Notes: generated from the letters alone by a model not told the origin. 64,000 bases of DNA from an uncultured Collinsella sp. (GCA_937934165.1 CALGZX010000056.1:25287-89286); one strand, 5' to 3'. Counted from the first letter of the stretch, positions 34,387 to 43,609 are shown. Made by a program: numbers and translations.

Positions 34387-34441
34387 AGCAGGGGCTTAAG
34401 TCGAGCACGGGCGCGAGCGGCGAACTAAGCAATGCATTGGT

Positions 34442-34484
34442 CCTATTCCTCAAAATCGAAAATTTTTCAGTTTTGAGGAATAGG
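34442..34484. repeat. 43-nt near-perfect palindrome, copy 1 (CCTATTCCTCAAAA...TTTTGAGGAATAGG)
   Basis: CCTATTCCTCAAAATCGAAAATTTTTCAGTTTTGAGGAATAGG, 8 nt past the stop of the AAA+ gene. It probably also serves as that gene's terminator. Confidence 0.85.
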
Positions 34485-34491
34485 CTTTCCG

Positions 34492-35688
34492 CTACGCCTC
34501 GCCGCACAACCACCTCGCCAGGTCCACGATCTGCACTCCGTCGCGATCCGTGGCCTCGTGATGCGTGCGGGCGAGAATCATCTTGGGATACGCATCGCCA
34601 ATGCTCAGCAGTGGCGAAATCTCGCGTTCAAATGTCTTATCCGAGCTGATGTCGTCGCTCACCTGAATGTAGAGTTTCTCGCTCCGCTTGATTGCTACAA
34701 AGTCTATTTCCTTTTTATAGAGCACGCCGACGTATACCTCGTATCCGCGACGCAGCAGCTCGATTGCCACCATGTTCTCGTATACGCGTCCCCAATCCAT
34801 ATCACGTGTACCAAGAAGCGCATATTTAAACGCATGGTCCGCCAGATAGTACTTCTCGCCGCTCTTAAGGTATTTTTTGCCGCGAATGTCGTACCGACGA
34901 ACTTTATAGAAGGCAAACGCATCGCACAGGTACCCCATGTACGTGCCGACCGTCTTGTTCGTAATCTTTAGCCCATCCGCATTTAATGCATCAGTAATGT
35001 TGCGTGCCGACGCAATGTTGGAAACGTTGTCCATCATGTAATCGGCAATGCGCAGCAGCGCCGATTCGTTTCTCACGTTATGCCGCTGCACGATATCTCT
35101 CACAATGAGCGTCTTGAAGACGTTGGAGAGATATTGATAGCGCTGCTCCTGCAGTGGATAAGGGTAAGAGCCGGACATACCGCCGGTTCTCGCGTACTCA
35201 TCGAAGTCGCGGTCGACCTCGCCCTCGTCGCCATAGAGACGATACTCCTCAAACGAGAATGGGAAAACCTCGATCTCGAACGTACGCCCCGTAAAGAGCG
35301 TCGACAGATCGCTCGACAGCAAAAAGGCATTCGATCCGGTGATGAAGATGTCGTACTGCTCGGATGCGTGAAGGCTGTTGATCGCACGTTCAAAGCCGTC
35401 GCACATCTGAACCTCATCGATAAGCAGGAAGTTTTGCTTGCCGGGCACTCGATGATCTTTTACATAGGCGAGCAACGCGTGATACTCGAGCAGGTTCTCG
35501 AACTTATCGAGGTTGTAGTTGATATGGATGACATTCGAATTGGACAGATTTGCCTCCACGTAATCGCGGAGGGCCTCGAGCAATTTTGATTTACCGCTAC
35601 GACGGATGCCCGTGATGACCTTGATGTCCGGCACGCCAATAAGACTCGTCAACGTGTCCATATATGACGTTCTATTGATGAGTTTCAT
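34492..35688 (-). CDS. AAA+ ATPase (AAA_14) with C-terminal DUF4143 / PD-(D/E)XK-like domain (COG1373-type)
   Basis: 398 aa. Walker A GIRRSGKS, Walker B FLLIDEVQ, and a C-terminal block YKKEIDFVAIKRSEKLYIQVS. It has a strong GAGGAGG SD and is visibly less GC-rich than its neighbours. Confidence 0.85.
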   Translation of the reverse strand: MKLINRTSYMDTLTSLIGVPDIKVITGIRRSGKSKLLEALRDYVEANLSNSNVIHINYNLDKFENLLEYHALLAYVKDHRVPGKQNFLLIDEVQMCDGFERAINSLHASEQYDIFITGSNAFLLSSDLSTLFTGRTFEIEVFPFSFEEYRLYGDEGEVDRDFDEYARTGGMSGSYPYPLQEQRYQYLSNVFKTLIVRDIVQRHNVRNESALLRIADYMMDNVSNIASARNITDALNADGLKITNKTVGTYMGYLCDAFAFYKVRRYDIRGKKYLKSGEKYYLADHAFKYALLGTRDMDWGRVYENMVAIELLRRGYEVYVGVLYKKEIDFVAIKRSEKLYIQVSDDISSDKTFEREISPLLSIGDAYPKMILARTHHEATDRDGVQIVDLARWLCGEA

Positions 35689-35713
35689 CGGGGCCTCCTC
35701 GCGGTCTTTTATC

Positions 35714-35757
35714 GCTATTCCTCAAAACTGAAAAAATTTCAGTTTTGAGGAATAGGC
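35714..35757. repeat. 43-nt palindrome, copy 2
   Basis: GCTATTCCTCAAAACTGAAAAAATTTCAGTTTTGAGGAATAGGC, 26 nt upstream of the AAA+ gene start. Confidence 0.85.
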
Positions 35758-35799
35758 TCTATAGCGAATATACCTCGAGAAAGACCGAGCTGCCTTAAT

Positions 35800-35842
35800 C
35801 CTATTCCTCAAAAACGAAAATTTTTCAGTTTTGAGGAATAGG
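35800..35842. repeat. 43-nt palindrome, copy 3
   Basis: CCTATTCCTCAAAAACGAAAATTTTTCAGTTTTGAGGAATAGG. Confidence 0.85.
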
Positions 35843-35940
35843 GCGCTGGCAACCCATTCCCCAGATAGGCGAAACCCTCCCCGGCGCAGGCCGAGGAGGG
35901 TCTTGTTGTCATCGTTGTCTTTGAGCGCTGGTGCCTCGCG

Positions 35941-36642
35941 CTACAGCCCGCGAATTCGTACGGCCTCGGGCGGAAACTCCTGCTCGCCGGCATCGGTCTT
36001 GATGGTCGCGCGGCCCCAGATGTCCAGGCCCGCAAACACGCCCACCGCGAGCGGCAGACCGTTGGGCGACACCGCCGCGACCTGACGACCCAACAGTGGC
36101 ACCATGTCGAAGTACTCGCCCAGCACCGGAGCCAGCGGGCCCGCGGCGCCCTGCGGCGTGTTGGCGGCAACCGCCCAGGCGCCCACGCGGGTCAACACGG
36201 CGGCGACCAGCTCCTCAACCAGCGCTTCGTCGGCCATATTCACGCCAAGCTCACCCAGCGCCGCACACTCAATATCAACCGTCACCGCGGCAAACATGCC
36301 CGCAGCACCGGCACCGCCGTTCACGGCAACACGCGCGAGCGACGTCTCGAACGCGGGCGCACCGCACACGATGTTGCTCGGCCACTCAATGCCCACCTTG
36401 CCGGCAAGGCCCAGGCCCGGCGTCGATGCCGTGCCCACAAGCGCATCCATCATGCCCATCGCAGCCACAAACGGCAGGCCGTGGAAGGCATGCATGTTCA
36501 CATCCGGACGCACGACCAGCGAAAACGCCAGCGAAGCGTTGCCCGCGCTCCAAGCGCACCAGCCCGCGGACGCACCCTCGCGGCCCGCGTCGCGCGCCGC
36601 GTCGAGCTCGGTGCCAGCGGCAACAGCATTCATCTCGATCAT
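35941..36642 (-). CDS. BirA-like (BPL/LplA catalytic fold plus C-terminal SH3-like) protein with degenerate active-site motifs
   Basis: 233 aa. LAFSLVVRP, GIEWPSNIV (compare KWPNDI) and a C-terminal GRQVAAV...GVFAGLDIWGRATIKTDAGEQEF all resemble biotin ligase, but the GRGRxGRxW motif is replaced by ARDAGREGASAGWCAW. The start abuts the folP-folK stop (TAGATG). Confidence 0.45.
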   Translation of the reverse strand: MIEMNAVAAGTELDAARDAGREGASAGWCAWSAGNASLAFSLVVRPDVNMHAFHGLPFVAAMGMMDALVGTASTPGLGLAGKVGIEWPSNIVCGAPAFETSLARVAVNGGAGAAGMFAAVTVDIECAALGELGVNMADEALVEELVAAVLTRVGAWAVAANTPQGAAGPLAPVLGEYFDMVPLLGRQVAAVSPNGLPLAVGVFAGLDIWGRATIKTDAGEQEFPPEAVRIRGL

Positions 36643-38385
36643 CTACATACGCCCCAATTCGCCCACGATATGGCCCACGCGGTCCTCGGGCTCCTTGACC
36701 TCGACGCCGTTGTAGCGGAAGAACCGCGCCGGGTCGTGCATCAGGTCCTCGAGCGGCACCAGCACAAAATCGCGTTCGCCGATCAGCGGATGCGGCAGGC
36801 GCAGCTTTTTGCCGCCGTGGGTCTCGCCGTCCATCCACAGCAGGTCCAGGTCGATGGTGCGCGGACCGTTGGCCTTGGCCTTTTTGGAGCGGTCGCGTCC
36901 CAGCTCGGCCTCGATCTTCATGAGCTCGTCGAGCAGCACCAGCGGCGCAAGCTCGGTCTTGATCTCGATGACGGCGTTGGCAAACGCGTCCTGGCGCGTC
37001 TCGTAGGCAGGCTCGCTCTCGTAAATCTTGGAGGAGTTAGACACGCAGGTGAGTGGAATCTCGGCGATCATGTCGCGTGCGGCGCGGATGTTGTCGCAGC
37101 GATGCCCCAGGTTGGAGCCAACGGCCACAAACGCGCGGCGCGGCTGCGGCTTGGCAACCGCCCAGTAGCCGTTCAGGAACTGCGCAAAACCCGCGGCGTC
37201 GTGCACGCGCACGATGTTGGCACCGGCCTGGATGGCGCCCAGGCACACGCCAAACGTGGCGGCATCGCGCTCGGCGGCCTCGGTCACGCCCGAGACGGCG
37301 CCCACAAAGCGCTTGCGCGACACGGCGCACATGAGCGGATAGCCCAGCGACGCCATCTTGGCAGTCTCGCGCTGGATGACGATGTCCTCGTTAGCCGACT
37401 TACCAAAGCCCGGGCCAGGATCGATGCAGATGCGGTCGCGCGATACGCCGGCATGGATGAGCGTGCGGGCCTGGTCGGACAGAAAGCCCATGACGCGGCG
37501 CATGATGGGCGCCGAATCGGGCAGGGTAAAGCGGCGGAGCTGCGAGGTGGGCACATAGGCCTCCTCACGGCGGGCACTGCGGCGCATCATGGCGGCCAGG
37601 CGGTCATTGGACTCCGATGCGGCCTCGGTGGCTGCGGGCGCGGCCTCGGGCGCGGGCGCGACGGTCTCGGCGGCAGCAGCCTGCTCGGCGGCCGGCGTCT
37701 CCTGCTCGCTTGCAGGCTCGGACGTGGGCTCCGGTTCGCCAAACGGCAACGAGGGCTGCACCACGCCGCCCGGAAGCTTGGCCTCCGGCTTAAGCTCGCC
37801 CAGCAACTTGCCGCGACGGCGGCGAGCCGGCTTCTCGGCCTCACGCGCGGCCTCGGCAGCCGCCTCGCGCGCCTTCTCGGCAACAAACGCCGCTGCCGAG
37901 GTATCGAGCTGCACCGTTGCGTGCGTGCGAGCGGGCGCGGCGACCTCGCCGGCATGCATCACGATGACGCCGCAGGTACTCGTCTTAACAAACTCGACCA
38001 TCTTGGGATCGGTGAAGCCCGTCACGTCGTTGACGATCGAGGCGCCGCAGCGCACGGCCGCCTTGGCAACCGCCACATGACGCGTGTCGATCGAGACGAT
38101 GGCGCCCTCCTTGGCCAGCGCGCGCACCACGGGCAGCACGCGGCGAGCCTCCTCGTCGGGGTTGACCGGGGTAAAACCAGGGCGTGTGGACTCGCCGCCC
38201 ACGTCGATGATGTCGGCGCCGGCGTCGAGCATCGCCAGGCCGTACTCGATGGCAGCATCGGGGTCGAAGTGCTCCCCGCCATCGCTAAACGAATCGGGCG
38301 TCACGTTGAGGACGCCCATGATGCGCGGACGGTCAAAGCTGAGCTCATACTTTCCGCACCGCCATGTCTTGCTGTCGTTCGCCAT
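36643..38385 (-). CDS. folP: bifunctional dihydropteroate synthase / HPPK (FolP-FolK fusion) with a large low-complexity insertion in the FolP domain
   Basis: Start trimmed to the ATG at 38385, with GGAGG 6 nt upstream. FolP motifs are IMGVLNVTPDSFSDGG, DVGGESTRPG and IDPGPGFGK. FolK motifs are AFVAVGSNLG, RTIDLDLL and LPHPL. An Ala/Glu/Pro-rich insertion lies between VMHAG and the DPGPGFGK strand. Confidence 0.88.
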   Translation of the reverse strand: MANDSKTWRCGKYELSFDRPRIMGVLNVTPDSFSDGGEHFDPDAAIEYGLAMLDAGADIIDVGGESTRPGFTPVNPDEEARRVLPVVRALAKEGAIVSIDTRHVAVAKAAVRCGASIVNDVTGFTDPKMVEFVKTSTCGVIVMHAGEVAAPARTHATVQLDTSAAAFVAEKAREAAAEAAREAEKPARRRRGKLLGELKPEAKLPGGVVQPSLPFGEPEPTSEPASEQETPAAEQAAAAETVAPAPEAAPAATEAASESNDRLAAMMRRSARREEAYVPTSQLRRFTLPDSAPIMRRVMGFLSDQARTLIHAGVSRDRICIDPGPGFGKSANEDIVIQRETAKMASLGYPLMCAVSRKRFVGAVSGVTEAAERDAATFGVCLGAIQAGANIVRVHDAAGFAQFLNGYWAVAKPQPRRAFVAVGSNLGHRCDNIRAARDMIAEIPLTCVSNSSKIYESEPAYETRQDAFANAVIEIKTELAPLVLLDELMKIEAELGRDRSKKAKANGPRTIDLDLLWMDGETHGGKKLRLPHPLIGERDFVLVPLEDLMHDPARFFRYNGVEVKEPEDRVGHIVGELGRM

Positions 38386-38480
38386 GAACATCCTCCTAAA
38401 ATGCCCACGCCGCCGAGCTTGGGGAGCTGGCGGCGGGGTCGCTTTGCACTCAGTCTTTCTATTGTATCCGCGCGCGCGGG

Positions 38481-39233
38481 CTAGAACGCAAACGCGGCCG
38501 CGATGTCGCAAGAAATCAGCAGGTCGGCATTTGCATCCTGATCGGTGGGAGCAAGATTGCAAATGGCCAGCGTATCGCCGTTAAAGTATCGCGTAAGGCC
38601 TGCCGCCGGATACACCACGAGCGAGGTCCCGCCCACAATGAGGGCATCGGCCGCGGCGATGGCGGCAACGGCGCCGGTCAGCACATGCTCATCGAGCGGC
38701 TCCTCGTAGAGCACCACATCGGGCTTAATGCGCCCGCCGCACGCGGGGAACACGGGCACGCCCGCGGCATCCTCGTGCTCGCGCGAGCAAATCCACTCGG
38801 CGCTATAGACCGCGCCGCACGACTGGCAAATGTTGCGATGGACCGATCCGTGCAGCTCGAACACGCGCTGTGAGCCGGTCATCTGATGCAGGCCGTCGAT
38901 GTTTTGCGTCACCACGGCGTCGAGCTTGCCGGCGCGCTCCAGCTCGGCCAGCTTGGTGTGGCAGCGGTTGGGTTTAGCGTTAAGCGCGATCATCTTGGTG
39001 CGGTAAAAGTCGAAGAACTCCGCCGGATGCGCCTCGTAAAAGCTATGCGACAGCATGGTCTCGGGCGGATAGACAAACTGCTGGTGATACAGGCCGTCCA
39101 CGCTGCGGAAATCGGGGATGCCACTTGCCGTGGAAACACCCGCGCCGCCAAAGAAGACCACGCGCTTATGGGTGCCGAACAGCTCCGCCAGCGCGGCGGA
39201 GGCCTGCTTGGGATCCGTTATTGCCTGCGTCAT
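38481..39233 (-). CDS. cobB: NAD-dependent protein deacylase, Sir2 family
   Basis: Start trimmed to the ATG at 39233 with a GGAGG SD. Motifs GAGVSTASGIPDFRS, QNIDGLH and HG, plus a Zn motif CQSCG...PACGG. Confidence 0.88.
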   Translation of the reverse strand: MTQAITDPKQASAALAELFGTHKRVVFFGGAGVSTASGIPDFRSVDGLYHQQFVYPPETMLSHSFYEAHPAEFFDFYRTKMIALNAKPNRCHTKLAELERAGKLDAVVTQNIDGLHQMTGSQRVFELHGSVHRNICQSCGAVYSAEWICSREHEDAAGVPVFPACGGRIKPDVVLYEEPLDEHVLTGAVAAIAAADALIVGGTSLVVYPAAGLTRYFNGDTLAICNLAPTDQDANADLLISCDIAAAFAF

Positions 39234-39368
39234 ATGAGTCCTCCGTCCTTGTTGGTCGGGCAGCGTTGGGCGACGTCCCAGCATGCGGCCTTTAAGTCAG
39301 CATGCGCGGAGCCCACCCCGCCCCTGTTGCGCTAATCTTAAGCCTGCCAACCCCGTCGAAAGGACACC

Positions 39369-40187
39369 ATGCCTCAGACTTACACCTTTGCCTCGTGGAA
39401 CGTTAACGGCCTGCGCGCCGTGCTCAAAAAGGACCCGAGCTTTATCCAGATCGCGCAAGAACTCGACGTCGACATCTTGGCGCTGCAGGAGACCAAGCTG
39501 CAAGGGGGCCAGGTCGATATTGACCTGCCCGGTTATTACCAAACCTGGAGCTACGCCGAGCGCAAGGGCTACTCGGGCACCGCGGTCTTTAGCCGCCAGG
39601 AGCCGCTGCGCGTGCTGCGCGCCGACGCGCTGCTGCCCTACGCCGGCGAGGGCGAGGCGGCCGTACTCGTCGCCCAAGCCGTAACCGAGGGCCGCGTCTG
39701 CGCGCTCGAGTTCGACAAGTTTTGGTTTGTCGACGTCTACACGCCCAACGCCCAAAATGAGCTCGCGCGCATCGATGTGCGCATGGCCTGGGATGATGCC
39801 TATCGCGGCTTTTTGACGGGACTCGAGCGCGAGACCGACAAACCCGTCGTAACCTGCGGCGACTTTAACGTGGCGCATGAGGAGATCGACCTTAAGAACC
39901 CCAAGTCCAACCGCGGCAACGCAGGCTTTTCGGACGAGGAACGCGGCAAGTTTACCGAGCTGCTCAACGCCGGCTTTACCGATACCTGGCGCGCGGCAAA
40001 CCCCGACGTCGAGGGCGTCTACAGCTGGTGGAGCTATCGCTTTAATGCCCGCAAGAACAACGCCGGCTGGCGCATCGATTACTTCCTGGTAAGCGACGCA
40101 ATCGCCGACAACGTACGCGACACCGGCATCCGCGGCGACATCTTCGGCAGCGACCACTGCCCCGTCACCCTCACGCTAGAACTCTAG
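39369..40187 (+). CDS. xthA: exodeoxyribonuclease III (AP endonuclease)
   Basis: 272 aa: SWNVNG(L)RA, LQETK, a C-terminal SDHCPV, and the overall ExoIII pattern. Confidence 0.92.
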   Translation: MPQTYTFASWNVNGLRAVLKKDPSFIQIAQELDVDILALQETKLQGGQVDIDLPGYYQTWSYAERKGYSGTAVFSRQEPLRVLRADALLPYAGEGEAAVLVAQAVTEGRVCALEFDKFWFVDVYTPNAQNELARIDVRMAWDDAYRGFLTGLERETDKPVVTCGDFNVAHEEIDLKNPKSNRGNAGFSDEERGKFTELLNAGFTDTWRAANPDVEGVYSWWSYRFNARKNNAGWRIDYFLVSDAIADNVRDTGIRGDIFGSDHCPVTLTLEL

Positions 40188-40251
40188 CCCCAAGTAATTC
40201 CTGGGGGGACAGAGGAAAACAGATTATGTGGCCCCTCTCCCCCTATAAGGT

Positions 40252-40310
40252 GCGGTGGAATAGTTCCTGTTTGGGCAGCAAATAGCCAAAAACGAGAACT
40301 ATTCCACCGC
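40252..40310. terminator. long stem-loop between convergent xthA and the ECF S-component gene
   Basis: GCGGTGGAATAGTTC - 29 nt - GAACTATTCCACCGC. A GGGGGGACAGAGGAAAAC motif, related to the repeat leader module, lies at 40203-40220. Confidence 0.5.
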
Positions 40311-40336
40311 AAGTTCGTGAGGGAACGCGAAATGCC

Positions 40337-41050
40337 TTACAGCCCGTATTTCACGACGACACGGTTAATGCGACGGCACCAGGGCTTGTACAAGGCGGCC
40401 AAAAACACGCAGGTCGCGAGGCCATGCATGATGTCGAACGGCACCGCCGTAGCAAGACGCGCTACGGCGCCTGCCCACGTGAGCGGTTGAACAAAACCGA
40501 TGATGTCGTACGCGTTGATCACGACGCCATACAGCAGGCCCGACGCAAAGCCATACGCCAACAGCGCCAGCATTCGCACGGTTCCATCGGCGCGGTCAAA
40601 CGCGCCCGCATGCGCCAGTGCGCCACCGATATAGCCCACCAGACCCCAGGCGTACATCTGCCACGGCGTCCACATGCCCTGTCCGAAAAAGAAATTACTG
40701 GTCAGCGCTGCCAACGCGCCGACCATGAAGCCGTTGCGACGCCCGAGCGTCGCCCCGGCGATGATGGCGATGGCACTCACGGGCTTAAAATCGGGAATGG
40801 GCCCAAACAGGATGCGCCCCGCCGCGGCCAGCGCCGCCAGCACCAGCGTGGGCATGATTTGGCGCAGGCCTGGACGTGATGTCTCATAGCCCGCAAAGAA
40901 CAGTGCAAGCACGAGTGACACAACAACCAGCATGGCAAGCGCCGCCTGCTCAATGCCCGCCAGCAATGCTGCGGCCATCACCGCCGGCACCACCAACAAC
41001 AGCGGAATCTCCATTTTTGTGAGTAGGCGCGAGGCGCGATGATCCGTCAT
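40337..41050 (-). CDS. ECF transporter substrate-specific (S) component, substrate unknown
   Basis: Start at the ATG at 41050 (MTDHRASRLL). It is a multi-TM small membrane protein immediately downstream of the ecfA-A'/ecfT genes. Confidence 0.65.
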   Translation of the reverse strand: MTDHRASRLLTKMEIPLLLVVPAVMAAALLAGIEQAALAMLVVVSLVLALFFAGYETSRPGLRQIMPTLVLAALAAAGRILFGPIPDFKPVSAIAIIAGATLGRRNGFMVGALAALTSNFFFGQGMWTPWQMYAWGLVGYIGGALAHAGAFDRADGTVRMLALLAYGFASGLLYGVVINAYDIIGFVQPLTWAGAVARLATAVPFDIMHGLATCVFLAALYKPWCRRINRVVVKYGL

Positions 41051-41054
41051 CCCA

Positions 41055-42698
41055 TCACGCCCTGTAGAACACGTTGTCGGCAAAGAAATCTGCCGGAGGC
41101 TCCATGCAGGCGATCTCGCCGTCGAACATCATGGCGATGTCGTCGGACACCTGCTCGGCAAAGTCTAAGTCGTGCGTGGCCATGATGACGGTACCGCCGG
41201 CATTCGCATGGTCACGCAGGGCGCGGGCGATAATGCAGCGACTTGCCAGATCAAGGCCCTTGGTGGGCTCATCAAGCAGCAGCAGCTCCGGACCAATCAA
41301 CAGCAGCTTTGCCAACGCAAGCAGCTGGCGCTGACCGCCCGAAAGATCGTACGGGTGACGCGCCTCCAAGCCAGCCAGACCCAGGCACGCTGCCTGCTCC
41401 TGTGCTGCGGCCTCGTCGTATCCGCAGACCGAAGCCCATTCCATCAGCTCGTCGCGCACCGTTTCGGCGACCAGCAATGCCTTGGGATTCTGTGGTAGCA
41501 GTGCCGCCGAAGCCGCCCCACGCACCATGCGGCCACGCTGCAGCTTAGCCGTCTTGGCCAGCACCGAGAGCATCGTCGACTTGCCGCAGCCGTTTCCGCC
41601 CACGACTGCATGCACCGCGCCAACTGAAAACGTCACATCGAGCCCGCGCAGCACCCAACCGCCCGCGCGATCGTAGCGAAACCAGCCTTCCGACAGGGTG
41701 GTAGCCGACCCGCCGTGCATTTTTTGGAGTATTCTGCTTCCATCCGTGCGCGGGAAGGCTTCCGAGCCGTTCTCGGGCGACGTTTGCGTCACAAATTCGG
41801 ACGATTTGTCCAATTCAGAACTTTTTTTCGCGCTCGATACGTCCTCGAACGGCTCCAGAGAGCCCAAATTGTCCTCACGCCTGCTGAATACTCCGTTTTT
41901 TGCACATCGGATGGCACCCCACCCCAGCATGTCATCGGAAAACAGCGATTCTCGGCGTCCCAAAGAAGCCATATCCGCCACTTCGCGCACGCGACCGCCC
42001 TCAATCCGGTACGCACACGTCGCATACTCGAGCATCGGCCGCGGTTGATGCGTAGCCACAACAACCGTGCAGCCCAGCTCACGGTTCACGCGAAACAGCG
42101 CATGCAGAAAATTCTTCTCGGCAACGGGATCGAGCTGAGACGTGGGCTCGTCGAGCAGCAGCACACGCGGACGCAGCGCCAGGACGGCGGCAAGCGACAG
42201 CAGCTGTTTGCGGCCACCCGAAAGCGTGTCAGTATCGCGGTGAAGCCAATCTTCCAGCCCAAAGAAATAGCTGGTCTCAGCTACGCGACGGCGCATCTCA
42301 TCACGCGCTAGCCCCAAGTTTTCCAGGCCAAACGCCATCTCGTGCCACACGGTTTCGCACACGATCTGGTTCTCGGGATCCTGGAACACATAGCCCACGC
42401 GCTCCGCCGATGCCCGCACATCCATGTCGGCGACGTTCTCGCCCAGCACGAGCAGTTCGCCAGTGCGCTCGCCCGCCGGAGCGATCTCGGGCTTGAGTAG
42501 CGACAGCAACGTCGACTTACCCGATCCGGTACCGCCGACAAGCAGCGCAAATGCACCTTGGGGAACAGACCAGTCGAGTCCCTCGAGCACCGCAGCATCC
42601 GCATCGGGGTAGGCAAAGCTCAGGCTCCGCACCTCAATCGCCGGCATATCCGGGCCGTATGCCGCGCCCGACACCGGTCCCCTATCCAACCGAGCCAT
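41055..42698 (-). CDS. ECF transporter fused tandem ATPase (EcfA-EcfA')
   Basis: Two ABC cassettes: GGTGSGKST...LSGGRKQ...LLLDEPT and GGNGCGKST...LSGGQRQ...LLLDEPT. They are separated by a Ser/Glu-rich linker. ATGA overlap with ecfT. Confidence 0.88.
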   Translation of the reverse strand: MARLDRGPVSGAAYGPDMPAIEVRSLSFAYPDADAAVLEGLDWSVPQGAFALLVGGTGSGKSTLLSLLKPEIAPAGERTGELLVLGENVADMDVRASAERVGYVFQDPENQIVCETVWHEMAFGLENLGLARDEMRRRVAETSYFFGLEDWLHRDTDTLSGGRKQLLSLAAVLALRPRVLLLDEPTSQLDPVAEKNFLHALFRVNRELGCTVVVATHQPRPMLEYATCAYRIEGGRVREVADMASLGRRESLFSDDMLGWGAIRCAKNGVFSRREDNLGSLEPFEDVSSAKKSSELDKSSEFVTQTSPENGSEAFPRTDGSRILQKMHGGSATTLSEGWFRYDRAGGWVLRGLDVTFSVGAVHAVVGGNGCGKSTMLSVLAKTAKLQRGRMVRGAASAALLPQNPKALLVAETVRDELMEWASVCGYDEAAAQEQAACLGLAGLEARHPYDLSGGQRQLLALAKLLLIGPELLLLDEPTKGLDLASRCIIARALRDHANAGGTVIMATHDLDFAEQVSDDIAMMFDGEIACMEPPADFFADNVFYRA

Positions 42699-43609
42699 CA
42701 GCCGAACCTCTTCTCATCGATCGCATGCAACACGCAGGGCAGCATCATCCAGGCAGCGTACACGACATAGCCCAGCCACGGCGCCGGCACCGATAGTTGC
42801 GGGTAAAACGAATACTGCGTTGTCGCGGTCCATGCCACCGCCACCGCAGCGGCACCAAACACCGCAAGCCCAACCAGCGCGGCAACATCGCCGCGACCCA
42901 GCCGATACCGCGCGTACGTCGTGCGACGTGTCGCGGCGCCCCATCCACGGGAGCGCATGGCGTCCGCGCGCTCCAGCGAATCTTCCATGCCCCAGCCCAT
43001 CAACACGCTCGATGCCCGTAGGCGCGAACGCACGGGATCGGCCGGCGCGCGACCCGGCACATCAATCGCATCCTGCACCGCCAGTACCGTACGACCGCGG
43101 CGTAAAAACTGCGGGATAAGCCGCATGCACATCGAGATCATGAGCGCGAGCACCGGCGCGGCGTTGCCCAAAAGCGCAAGTACCTTGTCGTATTCGAGCA
43201 TCGACGCCGCGGCCTCAAACCACAGCACGCTCGCCACGAACAGCCCGCCCATGCACAGGCCGTAAACCATGCTCTCTAGATACACCGCACGCATGCCAAT
43301 ACGAAACAGCTCCGTCGAGCCCGATGCACTAAACAGCGGATTGAGCACCGCAATGATCAAAATCACCGGCAGCTGCCAGCGAAGCGCGCCCAACGTGCGC
43401 GCAACACCGCGCGTCGCAAGCCCGTACGCCAACCCGCCCGCAAGCGATAGCGCAATCAGCACCGGTTGCATCGAGAACATGGTGAGCCCCAACGTCAGCA
43501 CCATGTAGAGCGCCGGCACCGCCGGATGCGACATCGAAAATGCCGCGACGGGTTCGTTGCCCGATTCCTCTCGCATGGTGTCCACGGGCATCCCCATCCC
43601 CTCGCTCAA
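42698..43609 (-). CDS. ECF transporter T component (EcfT/CbiQ family)
   Basis: 303-aa multi-TM protein with CbiQ-like features (LNPLF, coupling-helix Arg-rich region RLIPQFLRRGRTVLAVQDA). The start codon is uncertain, as there are several in-frame ATGs. Confidence 0.75.
   Translation of the reverse strand: MSEGMGMPVDTMREESGNEPVAAFSMSHPAVPALYMVLTLGLTMFSMQPVLIALSLAGGLAYGLATRGVARTLGALRWQLPVILIIAVLNPLFSASGSTELFRIGMRAVYLESMVYGLCMGGLFVASVLWFEAAASMLEYDKVLALLGNAAPVLALMISMCMRLIPQFLRRGRTVLAVQDAIDVPGRAPADPVRSRLRASSVLMGWGMEDSLERADAMRSRGWGAATRRTTYARYRLGRGDVAALVGLAVFGAAAVAVAWTATTQYSFYPQLSVPAPWLGYVVYAAWMMLPCVLHAIDEKRFG

Noticed and set aside
38386-38562. N-terminal extensions proposed by the ORF track for folP-folK. 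The same applies to CNNM 4071-4307, glmU 43557-43781, the kinase 14572-14733, the permease 53771-53953, and the membrane protein 62031-62207.
   Set aside because: The extensions are Arg/Cys/Pro-rich with no homology-like features. Internal ATG codons preceded by good SD sequences coincide with the canonical N-termini of the respective families, so the starts were trimmed.
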